35,216 nt of DNA, from positions 1 through 35,216 of IMG/VR virus record IMGVR_UViG_3300025738_000168, one strand, 5' to 3'. This document shows, piece after piece, positions 9,432 through 18,769 of the stretch; position 1 is the stretch's first letter; each line of letters begins with the position of its first letter. Made by a program: the position numbers and the translations under genes. This stretch comes from a virus (Duplodnaviria; Caudoviricetes). The notes below the pieces were generated by a model. That model had not been told where the DNA came from and did no database searches. It was given only the letters and a program-made list of their open reading frames with translations.

Positions 9432-12056
9432 TTAAGGGGTAGTTTGTTCAATCTCAGCTTTGTTGTGTGCTACAATACCTCCTATTACATAATTGTCTAT
9501 AGTTTCAACATCTAAGGTCGCTACTTCTAAAGACTCTTTAATAAATTGAATGGTGTCAATAGCTTTTGCCAATCCTTTTTTATCAATTAAGCTCATTGAG
9601 TCTTTCACCTCTTTTACTGGTAACCAACTTACTTGTTTTCCATTTGAACTTACTAGTAATGGGTGTTCTCCAGTTACTTTAATAAACGTACCATCTTCTT
9701 TAGTAATTTGGTAATAATTTGGTGCTGCATGCGTTCGTTTAGCTACTACAGTAACTTCTGATTTTATAGCTTCACCTAGGTTCCCACTCCAATCAAAATA
9801 GTTTCCGTTAGACTCATCTATTCTATTTGGAAAATCAAAACCTACAAGTTTATCACCTACTTGAATGTTTTTTAGTTTCTTAGATCTACCAGAGGCTAAA
9901 GACACATATGATTCTACATCAAAACATTTAGGTCCTTCAGATTCAATAAGCCCATCATTAATAGTATAATTTATAGCTAATACTTCATTATTATTTTCAT
10001 TCTGTGCTAAAGCAATTTTTGATGAAACAGTGTATGTTGTATCATTATTTGCACCAGTAGATGATGGTTTATTTAGTATCAATTTTACTTGGAATAATTT
10101 ATACCCTTGACTATCTAAACCTACAGAAAAAAGAACAGGTTGGGATAACATTGGTATTGAGATAGTGTTTGTTTCAGTATAAACAGTTATTGATCCCGAA
10201 CCATTAAATAACGTAGGTGAAATTAAATGTGCCGCTGTCAATTCTACTTGCTGACTTGGATTTCCTTGTACTGCAACATTAAATGTTCTGGTAACAGTAG
10301 TAGCCGTTTCTGTTAGAACAGGAGATAACCCTATACTAATACTAGGTTCTTGTGATGCACTCACTTCATACGTTTTTGTAGCTACTCCTCCATCTTCATC
10401 AGTAGCAGTGAATCTAATTTTATCCCCTATAAGGAATACTTTACTTATTTTAAATTGATAGTACTTAATTCCAGTATCTGGTTGAAAAACCAACCATTCA
10501 GGAGTCTGAATTACTGCTGTTTCAGAACCATCTAAGTGTACTTTTGCACAAGTAACACTAGCCACAGAACTAAAGATATCTCCATCAGGATCAGAAACCC
10601 CAACCCTTAATATAAATTTATCTTCTGCAACTTTTGCTGCTACCTGAGTTTCAGTAAGAACATCTATACTTGTATTGCCTGTTATATTTATATCATTTAG
10701 AAAATCATAAACACTTTCAAATACAGGTGGTTGATTACTATTTTGAATATTAATTACACTTTCAGCAAAATATTCAGTTTCTACTCCATTCCCATCAGTA
10801 TAAATTCCTTTTATCTTAATAGTATAAATCCCAGGATATAACTCTCCTGTTACACTTGCTTTTAACGGATCTGTATTTTGTGTTATTACAGGTGTAGATA
10901 CTGGTGTTGTTACTGGTGCTATTATTTCCCAAGTAAAAGATGATAAGTTACTTGCAGTTGCAATTACATTTATAGATGCTGCAGTTGCATCATAACTAGT
11001 TTCACCAGAGCTTAATATTCTTAAAACACTATGCTCTATATCAATAGTTGGTGCATCTAAACCAACATAGATAATATAACTAACATAAGAAACTGGTGTG
11101 CTTAAATCTAAAATTGTATTACTACCTACACCTGGAGTACCATCTGAATTTGGAGTACCATTTAAGTTTGGTATTGTTAATGTATTTCCATTTGCTGGGC
11201 CTGCATTAACCGGATTACAATAAACCCATCCAGCTGGAACAGGTGAATTTACATCATGCCATAAAGCAATTAACCCAACTGGAATACTATTATAAGCATT
11301 TCCTTTACTTACTTTACCGTTAACATCTACAACTAAAGGAGTTGTTTGAGTTGAAGTACTGTTTTCTGCAAATTCAGAAAACTCAATTTTTCCAGAAATT
11401 ATGGTATTATCCCAGTCTCTTTGATAGTTTACATGTAATGCCGTTTCTCCATCTTTTTTCTCATCTGCCAAAGCCCTACCTAATGTTCCTAATTCAGTTG
11501 AATATCCTAACTTTAAAAATTTAGCCCTTAAATTTGCGAATTCAGTCTCTAAGGTATCTAAGTTAGATAGTTTATTTCCATCTAAATGCAGATCCCCTTC
11601 CATAGGTTTACTCCCATCAATAGGTAAGAAACCAACAGTTTCAAAATCAGTTAATTCATAGTAATCATATAAAATAGCATTTGGTTCAGTGTCCTGAATA
11701 TTTGGACCAGATTCCTCATCATCAAATTCTTCTTGTGTAATATATACTGCAGTATAATCTGTATATACTTGATTATAATTACCGTCACCAAATCGTAAAG
11801 CTGTTTCAGTTACTATAGTTCTTATATACCCAGTACGACTACCTCCTTCAGCTATAGCATATAAAGTGCCTTTAATAACCAACCAACCTTTTGTAGTACT
11901 CGTAGGTTGAGAAATTTCATAATTTTGGTCATTATTAATCCCAATATGTTGCTTTAACATACTGTAGAGTTCATCTCTATAGGCTGCTTGTAATCTTTTA
12001 AGCGTTTCTTGCTCTAACGGAAACCCTCCGTTTGTAGTAAAATTTATTTCTTTCAT
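9432..12056 (-). CDS. Baseplate-attached tail fibre protein with collar-like motif, Ig-like domains and a C-terminal Hint domain
   Basis: N-terminal GGFPLEQETL, follows the tail-I-like gene, collar motif IPVGLIALWH..PAGWVYC, SDPDGD and ATDEDG Ig/cadherin-like motifs, Hint motifs CF..., TGEHP and AHN. Confidence 0.8.
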   Translation of the reverse strand: MKEINFTTNGGFPLEQETLKRLQAAYRDELYSMLKQHIGINNDQNYEISQPTSTTKGWLVIKGTLYAIAEGGSRTGYIRTIVTETALRFGDGNYNQVYTDYTAVYITQEEFDDEESGPNIQDTEPNAILYDYYELTDFETVGFLPIDGSKPMEGDLHLDGNKLSNLDTLETEFANLRAKFLKLGYSTELGTLGRALADEKKDGETALHVNYQRDWDNTIISGKIEFSEFAENSTSTQTTPLVVDVNGKVSKGNAYNSIPVGLIALWHDVNSPVPAGWVYCNPVNAGPANGNTLTIPNLNGTPNSDGTPGVGSNTILDLSTPVSYVSYIIYVGLDAPTIDIEHSVLRILSSGETSYDATAASINVIATASNLSSFTWEIIAPVTTPVSTPVITQNTDPLKASVTGELYPGIYTIKIKGIYTDGNGVETEYFAESVINIQNSNQPPVFESVYDFLNDINITGNTSIDVLTETQVAAKVAEDKFILRVGVSDPDGDIFSSVASVTCAKVHLDGSETAVIQTPEWLVFQPDTGIKYYQFKISKVFLIGDKIRFTATDEDGGVATKTYEVSASQEPSISIGLSPVLTETATTVTRTFNVAVQGNPSQQVELTAAHLISPTLFNGSGSITVYTETNTISIPMLSQPVLFSVGLDSQGYKLFQVKLILNKPSSTGANNDTTYTVSSKIALAQNENNNEVLAINYTINDGLIESEGPKCFDVESYVSLASGRSKKLKNIQVGDKLVGFDFPNRIDESNGNYFDWSGNLGEAIKSEVTVVAKRTHAAPNYYQITKEDGTFIKVTGEHPLLVSSNGKQVSWLPVKEVKDSMSLIDKKGLAKAIDTIQFIKESLEVATLDVETIDNYVIGGIVAHNKAEIEQTTP

Positions 12057-12099
12057 GGTTTTATTATTGAAGAATGAAAATGTTTATTTTGTTTTTTTT

Positions 12100-12939
12100 C
12101 TAATTGTTTGCCAATGGTTCTTGTTCACAGTCACATTGGTCTGTTGATGACGTTTCTGGTGATTCACTAGTATTATACTTATAGGTTTCATAAGTTTTCC
12201 CTGCCAATTTGTAGAAATTAACCACTTTATGAAACTTTGGTGTTTTTACTTCAACCCCCCCAGCTATTTTTTTTCTCTGATCTGAATGAGGTTCAAAATA
12301 AATTTCATTAGTAATTTTTTGTAATGCTGCTTTTTCTAAAACACCTATTACCCCATCATTATTTAAATCAAAGTTGATATTTAATGATTCCGGAATCATG
12401 ATTCTGAAATTAGCATAAGCAACCTTTGTATAATCCTCCGTTGTTGCCAAATACGTATTGTATATTGGGTACGTCACATTGGAATAGCACTGGTTTTCAC
12501 AAACCAACTCGTGGTGTGTAAATAATTCTATCGGGTCTAAAAATCCTTGTTCATCTAATATTATATCTCCAGTGATATCGTTATACGTAGGGGTGTTAAA
12601 GTGTCCTACAGGATCGTGCAAATAATATTCCTCATGCTTGTGTACATATTTTAACTTCGGCTGTAGAGTTTCATCTATGTAAATAAGCTTATGAGATTGC
12701 TTTTTTTCTGTAGTATAGTTAGGATTATAAACTACTTCTGGATTAAAAGTTTCATTCAACACCTTTTCAAGGTATATCACCTGCCCTGTATGTTGCATCT
12801 TATACAAAGTATCTTCATACAACCATTTTAACGGTTCTAATAAGGTGTTTAACCATACAATATGTATTTGCTTTCTTACTATGGGAGGCAACATCCAAAG
12901 CAACTTTTTTCCCCAGTTGATTGTTATATATTTTTTCAT
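12100..12939 (-). CDS. Baseplate wedge protein (P2 gpI / Mu gp48-like)
   Basis: LLWMLPPIVRK..WL, HTGQVIYLEKVLNETF and FYKLAGKTY motifs; sits between baseplate J and the fibre. Confidence 0.7.
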   Translation of the reverse strand: MKKYITINWGKKLLWMLPPIVRKQIHIVWLNTLLEPLKWLYEDTLYKMQHTGQVIYLEKVLNETFNPEVVYNPNYTTEKKQSHKLIYIDETLQPKLKYVHKHEEYYLHDPVGHFNTPTYNDITGDIILDEQGFLDPIELFTHHELVCENQCYSNVTYPIYNTYLATTEDYTKVAYANFRIMIPESLNINFDLNNDGVIGVLEKAALQKITNEIYFEPHSDQRKKIAGGVEVKTPKFHKVVNFYKLAGKTYETYKYNTSESPETSSTDQCDCEQEPLANN

Positions 12940-12953
12940 CTTTTATTAGGGTT

Positions 12954-13955
12954 TTAAAATACGTTTTGGTTGTTTCTATAGAATGTATACGGCAAGTACT
13001 TTATTGTTAGATTTAGTTTTTCTAAATTGAAATATCCAGCGTTAGGAATGTAAAATTCCTCATTTATAGGGCTAGTATTGGTTGTACTAATTTCATCTAA
13101 CGAATGTGCTCCGGCTCTAAATTCTTTAAATACAGGGATATTTACTCCGTTTGCTTTTTGTACAGCATCTATTAAGAAGGTTTTTACTAATGCTCCATTG
13201 AACTCAATATTTTTCAAGTAATTTTTAATAGCGTCTTCTACTGGCTTTGTCTCTCCATCTGCTATTAACAAACCATTATTCTCATCTACCACATCTGTGT
13301 CAGTATTTACGTAAATAATTAACGGATCTACATATACTTCTAACTCTAAGCTTAACAAGTCTCCAGGTATAGACGTTACTTGTACTTGATTACCTGCATC
13401 TTTTATACGCTTGATAAACTCTTTAAGTTTGTCTTGTTCGGTTGCTGTTAATGGACCAATATTTTCACCATCATCTTTTGCTACTTTCATAAACACAACC
13501 CCTACTTGATTATGAAAATAATCTGAAAGCACTTGATTTTGAGCTTCTTCAAGTGTATTTTGTGTTGCTCCTTGCAAGGACAAAGTTCCGTCTTGATCAA
13601 TAATGGTATCTAAATCTACTTCGCTCACAGCACAGTATTTTACGATTCTTGCTTCTTCAATTTCTTGGTCATTTAACCCTATAGTATCGAATTTGAAAAA
13701 CCCATCTTCAAAAAACAATTCTCTTCCATGTAAAAAACTTAATGCTTGTGCTTTATACCATTCTAAGGTATGTGGTCTTGAAATCAACGCGTTACGTTCT
13801 ACGATTTGTTCATGCGCCCAGATAGCTGTAGCAACTATATAAGTCCATAGTCTCCAAACAGCAGATTTTGATTCATTTGTTAGCCCTTCTAAAGATGCCT
13901 GTCTTCCTTTTTCTAGGATTATTTCATTTTGTATTTCAGCAATTGTACGTGCCAT
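12954..13955 (-). CDS. Baseplate J-like wedge protein (Mu gp47-like)
   Basis: MARTIAEIQ, SKSAVWRLW, PHTLEWY, IKDAG and IKNYLKNIEFNG..LIDAVQ motifs of the Bacteroidota prophage baseplate family; synteny. Confidence 0.78.
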   Translation of the reverse strand: MARTIAEIQNEIILEKGRQASLEGLTNESKSAVWRLWTYIVATAIWAHEQIVERNALISRPHTLEWYKAQALSFLHGRELFFEDGFFKFDTIGLNDQEIEEARIVKYCAVSEVDLDTIIDQDGTLSLQGATQNTLEEAQNQVLSDYFHNQVGVVFMKVAKDDGENIGPLTATEQDKLKEFIKRIKDAGNQVQVTSIPGDLLSLELEVYVDPLIIYVNTDTDVVDENNGLLIADGETKPVEDAIKNYLKNIEFNGALVKTFLIDAVQKANGVNIPVFKEFRAGAHSLDEISTTNTSPINEEFYIPNAGYFNLEKLNLTIKYLPYTFYRNNQNVF

Positions 13956-13984
13956 ATTTTAATTTTTTAATATAGTTTACCCTG

Positions 13985-14006
13985 TAAGCAATAGATATAT
14001 TGCTTA
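13985..14006. other. Intergenic hairpin
   Basis: TAAGCAATA-GATA-TATTGCTTA perfect 9 bp stem between the LysM-like and baseplate J genes. Confidence 0.4.
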
Positions 14007-14075
14007 TTTATAGCGGTTTATGTTTTTATGTTTATAACTACTGATTTGTAGTTTCTTTTTAGAAGACTCTAAAAA

Positions 14076-14378
14076 TTATGTAATGATAAAATCATCTTCA
14101 AGAGTCATGTAATCTATACCACAAAGATTGGCTAGTAATAATTCCTCTTCTGTAGCTCCTGTAGCTGGAAGTATGCTGTTTGAACTATAATAGGCTTGAA
14201 TATCTTTTTTGAAAGCTTCTCTCCCTACTTTTAAGTCTTCATATACAGAGATGTCTTCTGTTAGGTCATATTGTTCATTATCTTCTAATATGTCAAATAC
14301 CGTTTCTATGCTTCCATATTCTTGTAAGGAAATATCTAAGATATTTTGGTTTTCTTGTGGTCTAATAGTTTCCATCAA
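14076..14378 (-). CDS. LysM-like / tail X baseplate protein
   Basis: ENQNILDISLQEYGSIETVFDILEDN degenerate LysM; C-terminal GIDYMTLEDDFII. Confidence 0.72.
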   Translation of the reverse strand: MMETIRPQENQNILDISLQEYGSIETVFDILEDNEQYDLTEDISVYEDLKVGREAFKKDIQAYYSSNSILPATGATEEELLLANLCGIDYMTLEDDFIIT

Positions 14379-14649
14379 TTTTAATGTTTTGTAAGTTGTT
14401 TACATCTAATGTTTTTACATAAAAGTTATCATACAACAATTGTTTATCTATTTCATTTTCTAATCGAAGTCTGGATGTAACATCTGGACTATTGATATAT
14501 TGTGAGATTCCTACTCCTAAAATCGGAAACTCTTTAAAACTTCCTTTTCTACTTAAGAGTATGTGTTCTATATTTTGCTGATCCGCATAATTAATTGCAA
14601 AATCTCCGTTTGCAATCAACAAATCATCATCTATGATATGATCGTTCAT
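14362..14649 (-). CDS. gp25/gpW-like baseplate (sheath initiator) protein
   Basis: DLLIANGDF..QQNIEHIL..KGSFKEFPILGVGI motif; 95 aa; first gene of the wedge operon. Confidence 0.75.
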   Translation of the reverse strand: MNDHIIDDDLLIANGDFAINYADQQNIEHILLSRKGSFKEFPILGVGISQYINSPDVTSRLRLENEIDKQLLYDNFYVKTLDVNNLQNIKIDGNY

Positions 14650-14739
14650 AGTTTTTGTTTTTAATTAATAATAAGTGTGTGTGTAATGTACTTTGAAAGC
14701 ATACCAAACAGCAGGACTAGTACGTTGTGTTTGATACTG

Positions 14740-14805
14740 TAAAAATAAGTGATTAACACCCCTTCGCCAAGTAATTACGACCTGCTAATCAGTAGTTTCA
14801 GTAAG
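14740..14805 (-). promoter_or_regulatory. Locus box CTTACTGAAACTACTGA (14789-14805) plus -7 element TATTTTTA (14740-14747)
   Basis: Seen in sequence; 41 nt spacer; upstream of the wedge/fibre/lysis operon. Confidence 0.8.
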
Positions 14806-14811
14806 TTACAA

Positions 14812-14949
14812 TTAAGAAGCTTCTTTTTGTAACAATGCTAATAGTACTTCTAATTTAGCTACTCCCATGTGTTCTAAAGCACAACCTTGGTTGCATTTTT
14901 TTAACTCTTCTTTTAAATTTATTAATTGCTCTTGTTCTTCTGGTGTCAT
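14812..14949 (-). CDS. Small 45 aa protein absent from the ORF track (MTPEEQEQLINLKEELKKCNQGCALEHMGVAKLEVLLALLQKEAS)
   Basis: Translated by hand; ATG 5 bp after the stop of 14955..16949 and fills the gap up to the promoter box. Confidence 0.6.
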   Translation of the reverse strand: MTPEEQEQLINLKEELKKCNQGCALEHMGVAKLEVLLALLQKEAS

Positions 14950-14954
14950 ATTTC

Positions 14955-16949
14955 TTATTTTGCGATTACTAATGTTGTTATTTGTGTGCTATTATTATTT
15001 GCGCCATCAATTACTTGATATACTAAATCACCTTGTAAGTTTGTGAAAACATGTTTTCCTGAAGTACTTGGAATTCCTTCATATAAAAATCCGTACTTAT
15101 TTTTGTTTGCATTTAACCCCGTAGTATCAATATTTATATTATTGGTATAAAAATCACCACTGTGTTTTACTGCAGTTAAAAACATGATACTATCTGACAC
15201 TCTTAAATATTGTCCTCTACTAAACACAAATAAGCATTTATTAGTTTGAACATTACTAAAAAACATTCTGTCAACTCGTTTACCACCAATCATAGTGTTT
15301 CTCATACGACATGCATCATCAAAATTTACATCAATATACGTTACCCCAAAGGCAGTTGCATTTGATGGCATACCACCTATAGTTACAAACTTTACATCAC
15401 CGTTATTGTTTAACTTACCGGTAGTTAGTACATGTAAGTTTTCAATTTTTCCTTTATTATTTAAAATGATGCTATCAATAGCAGTAATTCTAGACAAACC
15501 ATTAGTTCTATTTTCTGACGATGAAAACACTTTACAGCCTGTACTAAAAGTTGAATAGGAAATTCCATCAGTAATACTCACCTCAATTCTATTGGTTGTT
15601 GAATATTGGCTATTGTTATTTAGAAACACCGTGTTTTCTAAATTATGAGCTATAAATGCATCTAGATTTTCAACTACATTTAATTTCGTTTCAATTAACA
15701 TCGGTTTTGTAGTAGCGGTAGCTGTTTTTTCGTTTTCAGAAACAATTCCTATTTCAGGTTGAACAAATGGGATAATAAATAAATCTTTACCATTATCAAC
15801 CGCAGAAGCTATTACTGTTTGTTTATATACATCGTCATTATCCACTTCCATTCTTCCTCCATAAGCAATGTGTCCTGGACTAGAAGTACCTGCTAAAAAT
15901 ATATTCGTAGACGTACCTAGCTTACTAAAATCCTGGTAGAATTTTTTTTCTTCAATATATGGCAACACATATTTATGTGTGTCGGTAATATTAATATTAG
16001 CTGCTGTTATACCGTTATTACTTCCTAACTTATATACATCATCCGTAGATGAGTTTGCTAGCAAATAGTTTTGCCAATCAGCATCAGTCATTTTATAACG
16101 TCTATAACGTTGTACGCGCCAATCCTTATTTATATCTATTTTTTTATTAGCAGAAATACGTCTGGTAATTAACCCCATTCTTTCCCCTAATACTACTCCA
16201 TCTTCATTTTTAATTTGAGTGTCTGTGAAATCATAGGTAAGTAACTCTCCCAAATGCGTAATACTTTCTGCTTGCGTAGAAAATTCCGCTTCAGAAATTG
16301 CAGTTACTACAATTTTCTCTGTTGGAACTGCAGGATTCTCTTCGGCGGTCATTTGCATATACGCCTCTCCATTATGCACTATGGTATTGATTACACCACC
16401 TGCCTGCATCATTATTTTTGAATTCGAATCAATAACAGTTGCATCTTTAGTAATTGACGTATAACGAGGTAATGAATATTTAAAGGTAGCTCCTATAATC
16501 GTTTGTAACCCATTAGCGAATTTTAAATAAGAACCTGCATAGTATGCATTTACAGTAGTAGTATCGCCAACTTGTACAGCTCCTGAGTAATCTGTAGGAA
16601 GAGTCGTTACAATAACTTCAGACCCATGTTTTATATCTAACAAAGGTGGATCATAAAATCCATACCCCGTAACGACACCTGTATTTGTTATTATTTTTTC
16701 AATATTAGACGTGTTTGTCCCTTCAATATAGTACTTGGTTTGATAGCCTGATAAAATGTATTTTTGGCCTATTACCAGTTTCTTCTCATTTACTAAACTT
16801 TGTAAATCAGTATGAGTGAACTCTCTTTCTGAATTGGCAGCAAGATCATTCTCCGTTATCATACTGTCTATTAAATCGCAAAACTGCTCTTCTGTGGGCT
16901 TGTCTCCCGTTTCAAAGTAGGTTTTTAAAGTTGTTTTTGTTTGTTTCAT
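14955..16949 (-). CDS. Tail fibre/tailspike-like protein
   Basis: N-terminal LKTYFETGDKPTEEQF motif shared with 7788..9347; DWRVQRYRRY motif; Asn/Thr-rich C-terminus suggesting a beta-helix. Confidence 0.68.
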   Translation of the reverse strand: MKQTKTTLKTYFETGDKPTEEQFCDLIDSMITENDLAANSEREFTHTDLQSLVNEKKLVIGQKYILSGYQTKYYIEGTNTSNIEKIITNTGVVTGYGFYDPPLLDIKHGSEVIVTTLPTDYSGAVQVGDTTTVNAYYAGSYLKFANGLQTIIGATFKYSLPRYTSITKDATVIDSNSKIMMQAGGVINTIVHNGEAYMQMTAEENPAVPTEKIVVTAISEAEFSTQAESITHLGELLTYDFTDTQIKNEDGVVLGERMGLITRRISANKKIDINKDWRVQRYRRYKMTDADWQNYLLANSSTDDVYKLGSNNGITAANINITDTHKYVLPYIEEKKFYQDFSKLGTSTNIFLAGTSSPGHIAYGGRMEVDNDDVYKQTVIASAVDNGKDLFIIPFVQPEIGIVSENEKTATATTKPMLIETKLNVVENLDAFIAHNLENTVFLNNNSQYSTTNRIEVSITDGISYSTFSTGCKVFSSSENRTNGLSRITAIDSIILNNKGKIENLHVLTTGKLNNNGDVKFVTIGGMPSNATAFGVTYIDVNFDDACRMRNTMIGGKRVDRMFFSNVQTNKCLFVFSRGQYLRVSDSIMFLTAVKHSGDFYTNNINIDTTGLNANKNKYGFLYEGIPSTSGKHVFTNLQGDLVYQVIDGANNNSTQITTLVIAK

Positions 16950-17207
16950 CTATTATATTTTTATTATTTCTCAATGGTTAAACGGAACTTGATATTACTA
17001 ACTTCTGTAAGAAAAAAGTATTCCAACATGCTCCTTTCTTTATTAAACCTTATTGTTGTAATTACACAATAACTTAGGCATATAGAAATGCCATATAAGC
17101 GTTCATCCTATTTCCGTAGAATGGGGTTATTTTATATTATTTGTTTGGTGTGTAGCCTAGTAATCGGCTGCTGGAATTGTTCTTAGAATAAACAATTTAT
17201 TATGGTG

Positions 17208-17273
17208 TAAAAATACTACCCTAAAGCGATTTTAAAAAATAATTAACCTTGTAGAATCTGTAGTTTCAGTAGG
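17208..17273 (-). promoter_or_regulatory. Locus box CCTACTGAAACTACAGA (17257-17273) plus -7 element TATTTTTA (17208-17215)
   Basis: One mismatch to consensus; 41 nt spacer. Confidence 0.75.
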
Positions 17274-17285
17274 TTGTAAAAACAC

Positions 17286-17311
17286 AAAAGCTACCCATTG
17301 AGGTAGCTTTT
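17286..17311 (-). terminator. Intrinsic terminator after the lipoprotein array
   Basis: AAAAGCTACC-N6-GGTAGCTTTT. Confidence 0.7.
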
Positions 17312-17338
17312 TTATTAATTTCAGAACAAAATAGTATT

Positions 17339-17851
17339 CTATCCAGCAAACATTATTTCTGTGAAAAATAGTTTATTATCAAATTTTTCAATAGAAAACC
17401 AAACGTTAAACTCAATATTTGGGAAATCATTCTTGATTAAGTATTTACATTTTTCAGTATCATTATTTTCTTGTAAAATTTCTTCCCTAATTAGATCATT
17501 TTTTTCATCATCATCAATCATTTCTTCTAAAAAATATTGTGTTATTATGGAGTAATCACGGGATATTAAATCTTGAACATTATTAATGTTTTCGCCAGAA
17601 GAATTATATGGTAATTTAACTATTTTAGAAATACCTATTGTATCTTTTTCTTCTATCATTTTAGAAATGACTGATTTAAAATCATTAATTTCTTCTTTAG
17701 TAATACATTTTTTTTCAACTTCAATTTTAACATTATTATCTATAACAAAACTTTTTCGTTGTGTGTTAACATTTTCTTGTTCAATTTGATTTTTACAACT
17801 AATTAATACAAGTAAAAAAAACAAAATTATTTTACCTAGATGATTCGCCAT
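17339..17851 (-). CDS. Lipoprotein, putative orphan immunity protein
   Basis: Lipobox LVLISC; start overlaps an orphan toxin C-terminal remnant. Confidence 0.7.
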   Translation of the reverse strand: MANHLGKIILFFLLVLISCKNQIEQENVNTQRKSFVIDNNVKIEVEKKCITKEEINDFKSVISKMIEEKDTIGISKIVKLPYNSSGENINNVQDLISRDYSIITQYFLEEMIDDDEKNDLIREEILQENNDTEKCKYLIKNDFPNIEFNVWFSIEKFDNKLFFTEIMFAG

Positions 17852-17930
17852 TTTTAGAAGTTTTAATGTCTTTCTTGGTCAATTTGTAATTCGTATTAAA
17901 GCCAAGAGAGCCACCAGGAAGGTATCTCTC
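17832..17930 (-). pseudogene. Orphan C-terminal remnant of a TIGR02594-type effector (ERYLPGGSLGFNTNYKLTKKDIKTSKNGESSR*)
   Basis: Start-less reading frame translated by hand; P..YKL..DI..G.S.R* pattern resembles the end of 19227..22628. Confidence 0.5.
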
Positions 17931-17953
17931 TTATTTTTTTAATAACTCTTTTT

Positions 17954-18613
17954 TCAATTTTCTAAAACAAACTTCTGCCACTTTTCTTTTGAAAAATTTA
18001 AAAATTCTTCCGGCCCATTTAGCATAAATGAGTCTGCTTCATATTTTCCGTAACCATACTCTTCAATTTCTTCAGAAGAGTTTATTTTTAATCTACGAAG
18101 ACCTCTCAATTTGTATTTTGTATTATCTTCTATTAATACAAGTTTCATTTTAGAAGGTGATATATCTCCTTTACATGACATTGAGTATAAAAACGAAATT
18201 TCTTTATTTTCATCATTATCAAGATCTGTAATTTCAAAAGAATTATTAAGGTATTCAAGTGTGTAATCTACAGGACATTCTTTAATAAAATCATAAACAG
18301 AAATATGTCTTTTTAATTCATTATCCATTATATAGATGTCAAAAAATAATTGTTTTAAATAGCCTTCTTCTTGACTCTCAGATACGATAAATATTTTTTC
18401 TGAATTGTTATCCTTAAAAGTAGACCTGAAAATAATATTGTTTGATCTAGGGTTCAAATTTGATACATTTATATTTTTTTTAATATTACGAACGGTATCT
18501 ACAACTTGGTTTTTTTCTGATTTTGTTACTTCATTATTACTTTTTTGTTCTTTATTTCTACATGATGTTAATGTGATACTAATGAGAAGAACTATGAGAA
18601 TCTTTTTTAGCAT
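17954..18613 (-). CDS. Lipoprotein (M949_RS01915-family-like), putative orphan immunity protein
   Basis: Lipobox ITLTSC; CPVD..TDLDND..E..F.Y..SCKGDISP.KMKL..KYKLRG motifs recalled from that family. Confidence 0.68.
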   Translation of the reverse strand: MLKKILIVLLISITLTSCRNKEQKSNNEVTKSEKNQVVDTVRNIKKNINVSNLNPRSNNIIFRSTFKDNNSEKIFIVSESQEEGYLKQLFFDIYIMDNELKRHISVYDFIKECPVDYTLEYLNNSFEITDLDNDENKEISFLYSMSCKGDISPSKMKLVLIEDNTKYKLRGLRRLKINSSEEIEEYGYGKYEADSFMLNGPEEFLNFSKEKWQKFVLEN

Positions 18614-18710
18614 TGGTGTCTATTTCGTTTAATTTATAATCGTTTTTAAATATTTTATATCCCTTAGGAACTCGTAAAGATATAATATCATTTTTTGGTA
18701 ATTTTTTTCT
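18579..18710 (-). pseudogene. Orphan C-terminal remnant of a TIGR02594-type effector (RKKLPKNDIISLRVPKGYKIFKNDYKLNEIDTNAKKDSHSSSH*)
   Basis: Start-less frame aligning with the effector end KPQKYNPSSREKKLPKIDILADGSYNSTH* (PxxY, KLxxIDxxA, SxxS[ST]H*). Confidence 0.68.
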
Positions 18711-18711
18711 A

Positions 18712-18746
18712 ACAAAAAAAGCTACCCGTTACGATAGCTCTTTTGT
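18712..18746 (-). terminator. Terminator-like hairpin related to 17286-17311
   Basis: ACAAAAAAAGCTACCCGTTACGATAGCTCTTTTGT shares AAAAGCTACCC..TAGCT with the 17286 hairpin. Confidence 0.55.
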
Positions 18747-18769
18747 CATTTACTTGATATAATATTTTT

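Noticed and set aside
16964-17029. 21 aa minus-strand ORF MLEYFFLTEVSNIKFRLTIEK preceded by AAGGAG
   Set aside because: Too short to support, and Bacteroidota rarely use Shine-Dalgarno sequences; could be a leader peptide but there is no evidence.
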